From positions 288,001 to 352,000 of the IMG/VR virus record IMGVR_UViG_3300031992_000005: a stretch of DNA of 64,000 nucleotides. One strand, written 5' to 3'. Source of the DNA: a virus. The notes under the pieces are model-generated. The model saw nothing but the letters and a program-made list of their open reading frames with translations, was not told the origin of the DNA and made no database searches. The position numbers were made by a program, and so were the translations under genes. Positions 39,001 through 47,000 of the stretch are shown here, one piece after another; positions within the stretch are counted from its first letter, which is position 1; every line of letters begins with the position of its first letter.

Positions 39001-40995
39001 AACGCCAGCACTTATCCACGTAGAAAGGAATTTAACGTGACTGTAAACAATGCTATATATGCCAGAATAACTGGAAGATTTCCTGCTGACAATAGTTTCT
39101 ATACCGCACATAAGGTTATCATTGATATTACAGAAAATCCAGTTAGTACCAACCCAGAGGAGTATACCTATATAGTAGGTAGAGCAGATAAGAACGGTAA
39201 CCCTGATCCAGAACATACTTCTAGAGAACAAACCTTTACTTTATACCCAACTAGTTATACAACCAAGATCTATCAGATTACTGACCAACAGGGATTTCAC
39301 TGGATAGAGTATCAAGTCTGGGCAGCAGCTGCAGATAAGCTCAATGAAGTAATAGCAAGCGAAGTAGCAAGTTCCAATATAATACCTATTCTTGTTAATA
39401 CTGGTGATATGACTCAGAATGGTACTCGTATTAACGAATGGTTCGATTATTATCAGGCTGGTAGAAATCTATTCGATCACCTAGAACAAATGAACTGTGT
39501 GGGTAATAATGACTTATGTAACACTGATATAAATGCGCTAGGTACTGGAGATGATGAAGGTAAATCTAACTCCTACTATTTTCATGTATTCTATTGCTAT
39601 GAAGTAGATGTTACTAATAATATTCCCGTTCCACTATGTTCAGGTAGGAATGATGAATTCGATCCTAAATATATACCATCCCTATATTACTTTGATTCAA
39701 CTACTGATAGATTTTTAGTTATAAATAGTGAACTTACATCAGCCACTTCAAAGAACTGGTTTAAATTGATTCCTGACAATAATAGTAATACTAAATACAT
39801 CAATATTTATACAGGTTGGGAATTTGATACTAGTAATCCAGTAGTTCAGCATTACTATGGAGATGATTTTGTCCCTGTGTATAAAATAGTCTGGAATATA
39901 TTAAATGATGCAAGAACTAAAGGAAAAAAGACTATAGCAATCTGTCATGAAATGCCATTTACAGTTATTACCCATGCATCACTTGCCACAGGATCTGGTA
40001 ATGAATTAGTAGATAGATCAATTAGCTCTTCTAAACTTGTAGGCAGTCACTTAAACCAGATACATGCAAAAGAGTTAAGTAGCTCAGAGGGTAATGGTTA
40101 TACAATGAAGGGTACTTACTGGTTCAGTAGACTATTAGAATACTTTGACGTTAAATTAGTTATAGGTGGTCATAAGCATACATATGCATGTACTTATCCT
40201 ATTAGAGAAAACTATAATTACCTAGTAGATGGTAATATGGTAAATAGTTTAACCAATAAGATGGTAATGACGGAAGATACTCTAAAAGAGGATCCAATGA
40301 TCGTATTCGATGGCCAAACATCATCAAGTATAAAAAGAAATTTAACTAGATTCCCATATATAAAGAAAGATGATTTCGTAAGTCCTACGAATGATTCTAA
40401 TCACTTCTTCCCTTCTACTAATCTATACTCAGTAGGCGGAGGAGTAGCTTATGTAGAGGACCTTAACGTAAATTCAAATAATTTTGTTGGAGGAAATTTC
40501 TATAAGATAGTTCAGGGTCAATTCGTTGCAGCAGACACCTTTACGCAGGGTACAACTTATTACAAAAAGTTGACTGATTTTGATACTTTTGATGGTATTG
40601 TATATTTCATGTGTCAAGCTACTGGATATAAACTAAAGTCTAATAAAGAATTGCCATCAATTTTCCAAACCTTCTCAAAAATAATTCCAAAGACAGATAA
40701 TGCAGCTGGAGGAGATTCACCTAATAATAATCAATTACGTCCAATGTTTGCTAAGATAACGGTACAAAATGGTTCTTACAGTATAACCCTTTGTAGACTA
40801 GAAAACATTATGACTGAAAGAGAAGATCAAGGTTATAAATTTACTCAGACTGCATATGGAAAATCAGCTATCAAAATTAGTAATCTAGTAGTTAATTCTA
40901 CAAATAATTATGGAGATTGGATAGACGAAGACAATACTGATTATTCTACTCCAGAAAGTAGAGTTCTATTTAATAATAGTTATTTTACTGATTAA
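36049..40995 (+). CDS. Giant fibre-like protein (1648 aa) with lamin-tail-like (LTD) and metallophosphoesterase-like modules
   Basis: N-terminal fibre motif VEDIASRDAIPEQRLEEGMLVYCKND...WKEL. Gly/Ser/acidic linker SSPGGGGSSEDGGSSEDED. LTD-like segment at about 37890-38140: HSFIELENTSDIDIPLKGIYLHV...IPSGGTYLIRGA. Phosphoesterase-like motifs at about 39260-40210: GDMTQNG, VGNNDL, CHEMPF, GGHKHTY. Confidence 0.55.
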   Translation: MAEDTKLQGTNIASRIVPFDSQDTFPTHEAFYGRGGYRTVEDIASRDAIPEQRLEEGMLVYCKNDPTGVHTYRYMGMKEGTNTRIWKELKLEGTGVPIYTNANVEEMREAGVNVDEMDYITIPDDDDIEGEVTNKTYETTQNGTYVDILFKALRALQSEVAKLKNSFLYGIESYSGTDTAMAAISEELEEAIAEEPLWAVEEDGLSSVYDLFEAAPEAIPAEFEARESSTVVATEDHTGGRYYVTIDSPINIPVTWNAIERSEIGKITDSKLFLYLTTTGENNAGLKYVVHIQEDRLDGTSREIDFDLRPLITSGSITSSSKVYNTLIVISRKQKVATSAKTDEEGNILPPTTEYYGSNFIWISVSDPVTNSTIKEGYWKDNTIYDDLTQVDEDTVFYDGILSLRSVDFYSTVISKFHLYSKYQDFTKGVIPSKPSDDTWKFKAAHITIRSVDTFETLKELKDKLLNNELILVESSYTLYIKIDNKLVAIGSQSSPGGGGSSEDGGSSEDEDTGMTKTEIIQWLSENGIVVTENGGDLVLNDVADITFKHEGTGKTFKFTVNENGELESQEIPDKTISEDLKDYTLKGDMNLRGFIAQYRLRSNVNQTGNAKLKSDRLKIGSFYAPLSGDVVHGCTHSFIELENTSDIDIPLKGIYLHVTKPAINSSGDVVQNIYSLELTGIIPSGGTYLIRGARHAEDDDANAFIKVKTYDQEWYVDSPTDSDKKELLSLEILEDINYGASGNPYGHGICLTYGNSGFTGGDGDKVGPRTQLVRGTIANEKFDSVTIIESGALKNKEDYPYCYHKNFIDGICYYFAVKSGNSPYWATNAIGKNDDKRTMSNVMYRNMFELDPANQAYQALNSKDSSRRRWDKNGTDVQLLDLSKEYISFPKTEDIYPLSKFTPKASWEHRNVCTDKSKLDPNKPNMVTCSFGINIYTTRCFNWISLGYFDEYIWIKKTKVGNNSVNESWKRFESYKEISEETANASTYPRRKEFNVTVNNAIYARITGRFPADNSFYTAHKVIIDITENPVSTNPEEYTYIVGRADKNGNPDPEHTSREQTFTLYPTSYTTKIYQITDQQGFHWIEYQVWAAAADKLNEVIASEVASSNIIPILVNTGDMTQNGTRINEWFDYYQAGRNLFDHLEQMNCVGNNDLCNTDINALGTGDDEGKSNSYYFHVFYCYEVDVTNNIPVPLCSGRNDEFDPKYIPSLYYFDSTTDRFLVINSELTSATSKNWFKLIPDNNSNTKYINIYTGWEFDTSNPVVQHYYGDDFVPVYKIVWNILNDARTKGKKTIAICHEMPFTVITHASLATGSGNELVDRSISSSKLVGSHLNQIHAKELSSSEGNGYTMKGTYWFSRLLEYFDVKLVIGGHKHTYACTYPIRENYNYLVDGNMVNSLTNKMVMTEDTLKEDPMIVFDGQTSSSIKRNLTRFPYIKKDDFVSPTNDSNHFFPSTNLYSVGGGVAYVEDLNVNSNNFVGGNFYKIVQGQFVAADTFTQGTTYYKKLTDFDTFDGIVYFMCQATGYKLKSNKELPSIFQTFSKIIPKTDNAAGGDSPNNNQLRPMFAKITVQNGSYSITLCRLENIMTEREDQGYKFTQTAYGKSAIKISNLVVNSTNNYGDWIDEDNTDYSTPESRVLFNNSYFTD

Positions 40996-41000
40996 ATTTT

Positions 41001-44000
41001 ATGAAAAGACCTAATAAAAATAGTGCCACAAATGGTAATATCGTTTTCGACGACGATATTACCATGACTGGTACGAATAAAGCGTTTGGGAAAGATCTCC
41101 ATAGCGCGATGGAGAACCTTTGGTCAAGAACAGCTAAATTAGAAAATTACCTAAAATGGATCTATAAATACGGCGGCGTAGGTGGAACCGGCGGTGGAGG
41201 AGAGACTGCTACATCATATACAGTCTATGCAGAACTTAATCATAGGAAAGTTGTAGAAGATCCTACTGCATTTATCAACCTAGGTTCATCAGGTACTTTT
41301 CCACTTTTAATAAAAATTTCAAAACCAGGTGGAGCATCTTATAAAGTAAACTGTACTTTTACAGATAATACTGGATCTATTATAAACACTATTAATGAAA
41401 CATTAAACCTGGATAATAGTTATACGTTAGAAAGAGTTGTAAATATTTCTAAAAATGGTGTACTAAATATAAAAGTTACTGATAGTATCTATAATGAAAC
41501 TACACCACTCTCCACTAGATATATTACTGACCCATACAGATTTACGGGAGATTTAATAAATAATAGTGGTCGTGCATACTCAAATGAAATTTTTACGTCA
41601 GATATATTATCCAATGGACTATATCTAAGACTAAATTACCAGATATCAGTAGCGACTGAAGTATCCTATAAATTAAAAGTAACAACTCCTAAGTTAACTT
41701 TTAATAGCGAAGGCTTCACTGCGATGGAAGACTTAATAGTATCCAATACAGAGGAGGGTGATTATATAATTGATATTATACAGTTTCTGAGAAAATTTGA
41801 TTACGGCCTTACCGAGTCTAACTCAGGTAATTATAGTATTTCTGTCGAACTTCAAACAAAGATAGTTGGAGATCTAGAAACAAATTCTTATACTCCACTA
41901 AAGACGCCAATCTCTTTTACTATCGTTCCAAAAACACTATACCTACTAGTACAGTCTACTTCAGGTACACTATATCAAGTAGAACAAGAACCTGACTCAG
42001 TATCTACTGACGATCTATTCTCACCTGGTAGTATAACTTTTAAAGTTAAACCTTATTTTGAAAACGTTATAGGAAAAAGCTGTACTATCGACTATAAATT
42101 AGGAGATGAATTCGAATGGCAAACTATTTCAACTAACCTAAGAGATACCCAACAAATAACTATATATTCTACCAGACCTGGAGAGAATAGTATATCATTT
42201 GTTCTGAAATACGATAATAAAAAATATCCTACCCAAGAGCAATCCAATGTTGGTGAAGGTACCTACTATTTTTATATAAAAAATTCTACCTTTGACGGAG
42301 GCTGGTGGCATCAATTTGAGAAAAATACAGATAGACCTTTCTACGATGACCTAAACCATTACTTCAAAGTAACAGAGTGGTCACCAGAATTTAACCCGTT
42401 TAATGCTACGTTCGGTAGAAATCCAATAAAACAAACAGTAAATAAATCTCCTGTAACTTTAACGAATTTAACCTGTCCTACTGGATCTGACGGTTTTAAT
42501 ACGATAGTTAATATTGGTATTGAGTATAATACTATAAATGAAGATGGTGCACCAATACTAAAAATAACTGCATATGACGATACTGAATTAACACTTTATC
42601 AAAACAGAATTACCCTTGGGGCAAATTCCATTGAAGACGATAGATTATTCATTCCAAAAACAGACTACAGCTCTTTTACTGGATTAAATAATACAGAGGA
42701 CTATCACTTAATTTCTATTGTAAGTAGGCAAGTAAAGAAGTTAGGAAATACTGATAATCGTGGTAGAGAAGTAATTATTTACATAGATGGAGTCATTGAG
42801 GCTTGTTTTAAAACATTCCTTTATAGTCCAGGAACCCCATCAAATAACTTAACCGTAAAGGATATAAGTCTATATAGCGTCAACGCAAATTTCAACTTAT
42901 TTGATATAGCATACTTCAGTCCAATCGAGTCTAAGGTAAGTACGGAATATTATATTCCAGAAGATGTTACAATTTATCAATATTACTTGAAATATAAGGA
43001 AACACTCTTAAGCAAAACACTTACTGAAGAGGAAATTAACTTGCTGACTTACTACGACAATATTGATTTTAATCCAGAAAACGGAGACATTTTCTGTTCT
43101 GAGGATGCTATGAATAATATAGCGAGAAACCTCAATGTCCCTGTAATGGCTATTCTAGTAGATGATAATAAAAACGGTAATTATAAAGATTTATTAGGTG
43201 GCTATTATCTAGAGTCGAGTACAGAAGAACTTGAAACAAAAGCTACTTTAAAGTGGAGTGGATTAAAGGGAAAAACTTCGTTAACTGATATAAGCTTTCC
43301 AAATAGAACCATAAGTAACACAGGTAGTTATATAGACTGGACAAGTAATATCCATTTTTATGTAAAAATACAGGGTTCATCTACAAAGGGATATCATATT
43401 AAGAATTACACGCTTACCTTAAAAGATGATGAAAACCTATATATTCCGTTGTTTTCACCAAACTTTAAAAATAACGACACAACTACATTTCTCCCTGAAC
43501 ACTCATTTACTCTAAAAGCCGACGTAGTAGATTCCAGTCACTCTAATAATACTTCTATTGGAAATTTTGTTAATGACATCACTACTAAATTCAAAACAAG
43601 CCCTACTTCAGTGGATGATGCCTTCTCTGGATACATAAAAAACTGTTTGACAGGTTTTCCTTTTCTAATTTTCATGAAATTCATCGACCCAAACAAGTCG
43701 CCTGATGCTCAAGATGAAAATTACTACTATCATGGAGTATATAATTTTAACTTAGGTAGAGAATCCGAGTATAACCTGGGCTATAAAGATTACAATGTCT
43801 TCTGTGATAGTAACGGAAAAAGTATACTAGAAGATGCACCAGATTCTGGTGGATTTTCATTTCACATGGTCACTAAGTCCAGTAGTGTTGTAAAAAATGG
43901 AGTAATTACTGCAGAAATTCAAGGAAACAGCTCATTTCTAGACTTTTCACAATTTGATGAATCATTATTGTTCCAGAATGACAGTGTCTCTGACGAAAAC

Positions 44001-47000
44001 GTAACTACCATGTTCGGTAAAATTACAGATGAAAATCCGGACGTATCCTATATCAGAGGAGAAAACCTACAAAATCAAGATGCAAGAAATATCTTACAAA
44101 GATTTGTAGAAAAAGTAACCTATGCGGGTGGTTATGTCTTCACTCAGCTAAAGAAAACCTTTAGTGACGATGGGAGTGCAGGAGTCTTATATGGTTACGG
44201 ATCTAAGCCCCCACAAGGTTATAAAGCAGTTGGTAAGATAAAAGTTTGGAATGAAGATTTAGGTGAAATAGAAGAAAAAACCCTTCCATTAAACCAAGTC
44301 CCTAACTATCGACACCAATTTATTAGAACAGTCAGTGGAATTACGCCAAAAGCTGGTTTAACCAGACCAGGTACACTAAATGACCTCATGGATTTGGTTA
44401 GAAAAGACGAAAATGATCCTGATGCTGGAATTCCTTTACTAGACTTTGACAGCGTAAGTGAATATTATACTATCTGTATGGCATTTGGTTTGATAGACTC
44501 TGTCCAAAAGAATCTTACATTAAAAACATGGACCGCAGATAAGGAGAGCGGACTTGGTACTTTTTATGTAGCATTCTACGACATGGATACTTGCTTAGGA
44601 ATTGATAATGCTGGAAAGAAAGTGAACTACACTGCATTCTCTGATTATTGGACAAAGAATGAATCAGAATCAGATGGAACAAGTACTAGTGAAACAACCT
44701 CAAGTGGAACCGTAAGTTATAAAACAATTACACCAATTTCAGCTACAGTCTACAGAGACTATTCCCCTTCTGGAGGAGAATACTTCGACGTTGCTAGTTC
44801 CTACCTATTTGCGATACCTAAATACGCAACTTATATTGCAGGAAAACTTAATCTTAATGCAAGCGATAGTGCGTTTACAGAAAAAATTACAAACTGGCCA
44901 AGGCAACTCTGGGAAAAGTGGAGATCGAGAAGAAATCCGTCGGATCATAAAATAGGTTGTCTAGAATCCGCTGACTATTTTATAAAGACTTATTTCTCTA
45001 ATAACTTAGGATCAGTTGGCATTCCATTGATTAATGCAAATTACAGAGCAAAATATTTAGTTCAATTGTACTATTCAGGTGATACTACAAATTCTAAAGA
45101 TGAACTTGGTAAGTTTAATGGAACACGCATCGCTAGAGTAAAAGAGTGGTTAAATAATCGTCTTCACCTCCTAGATGCATATTTTAACATAGCAAGAGGT
45201 GTAAATAATCCTATAATGTTCTATAGAGAATGTAATGAGGAAATAGATGGAGAAATGCAGACATTCTATAAGTATACTTCTACGGAAGAAGATACTAGCG
45301 CAGACCATTATATGTCAGAACCTACTATTTCAGAATACACGTCCGCTACTAACCCAGATGTTTATATAAACTCGGATATTTTTGATAAGCTTTCTCTACA
45401 ATCAAGTATACCTTTTGTCGTTACTGTACGTGCTAAAGAAAACTCACCTCTTATTATAACATGTGCAAACTGGACGAAGAGATATCTTATTGGTGGTAAT
45501 AATTATTATCAAATCCCAGTCCCTGTATCAGGAACCCAGGCATATAGATTATTAGGTTCAAAAAACTGGACCTATATGGACAGTATTAATGGATTTCACT
45601 TAGATGGTACATTTTATATAAACACTCAATATATAGATCAACTTGTGGGAGATGATAATTCATCAGAGGCGAAAGAACTGACCTTTGATAATAGCGCTAC
45701 CGATAATATCCTTATGCCTTCATTGAAGACAATCAGTTTAACTAGTCCTAAATATAAAGGTACACTTAAATTAGTTGGTACAAACTATACTAACTTAGGT
45801 ACAATTGATTTAAGTAATTCTAGAATAGGTTTAAACATGCAAAACACTACTTGTACGGAACTTAATCTATCTAACGTAAATGGGTCAAATAATCAGTATA
45901 ATATAGTGGATTGTCTAAATCTTTCAAAAATTACAATCGTGAGTGCCTATATGTCCTCGCTAATAATAAAGCCTATCCATCCAGATATTATTACTAAAAA
46001 CTGTGAAACAAGCTTTGGTAAGGTAACTAGTAGTAATGTAATTAACCTAGCAAATATTACACCTACTACTTCCAATAATCAAAACACTCCTTTTGGAAAA
46101 ACAGGCTCTGGATTTTATCTAAAAAATACTCATATTCGTGAAATAAATATATCGAATACTAAAATTAATGAAGATAGATCCAGAATAGAGATTGATGGAG
46201 ACGACACCTTGTATAGCATAACGATTGCAGGATTTTCGGTGGTTGTGATAAAGAATTGTCAGAATCTTAATAAGATAAACATATCCGACCCTGAAGCAGG
46301 TATTGGTGGCGATAAGCTGAGAAGACTATGTATTCAAAATTGTGGTAATGCTGGTACAGACTTAACTATAAATTCTACAGAAAGAGGACATCTGAATTTA
46401 ACGGATTTCTCTGACCTAAACTTTGTGAATTTTAGAGAATGTACCAACATAACTAGCATTGAGTTTAGCAATACAGGGGTTTATCTGGACTATGACGCTT
46501 TCTATTCCGACAGTAATCTAAGTACCATTGATGGAAAAGCCTATATAATAGGTACTACTACCACTGGAACAAGGATCAGACCTACCTTCTATCTTTGTAA
46601 AAACTTTAAACTAACGAAAAGTAATGGAACTACTTGCTGTGATTTATTTGTCATAGAACAAGCAGTATCTCTTAATAGTACATTCTCTATTGGAAATAGT
46701 ATTTCAAAAGAAGGCGAAGGAAAAATAACACGAACTTTGGCTAAAACATTTATAGAAAGAATCCCAACAAATAACAACATTACCGATATAACCAACATGT
46801 TTTGTGGAAATAGAATTGAGTATAATGAAACACTATTAGTTAGTGACATAAAATCTACGAAAAACTACATAGACATGTCGGTTTTTAAGAAAGTAACAAA
46901 CGTAAGTGGGGCTTTTAACTATAATTTGATTAGTGCTTGGCATCCTAAATGGTTCTCATTCGGAGCAGACGTCGATACCATTAATTCCTTTGAAAACTAC

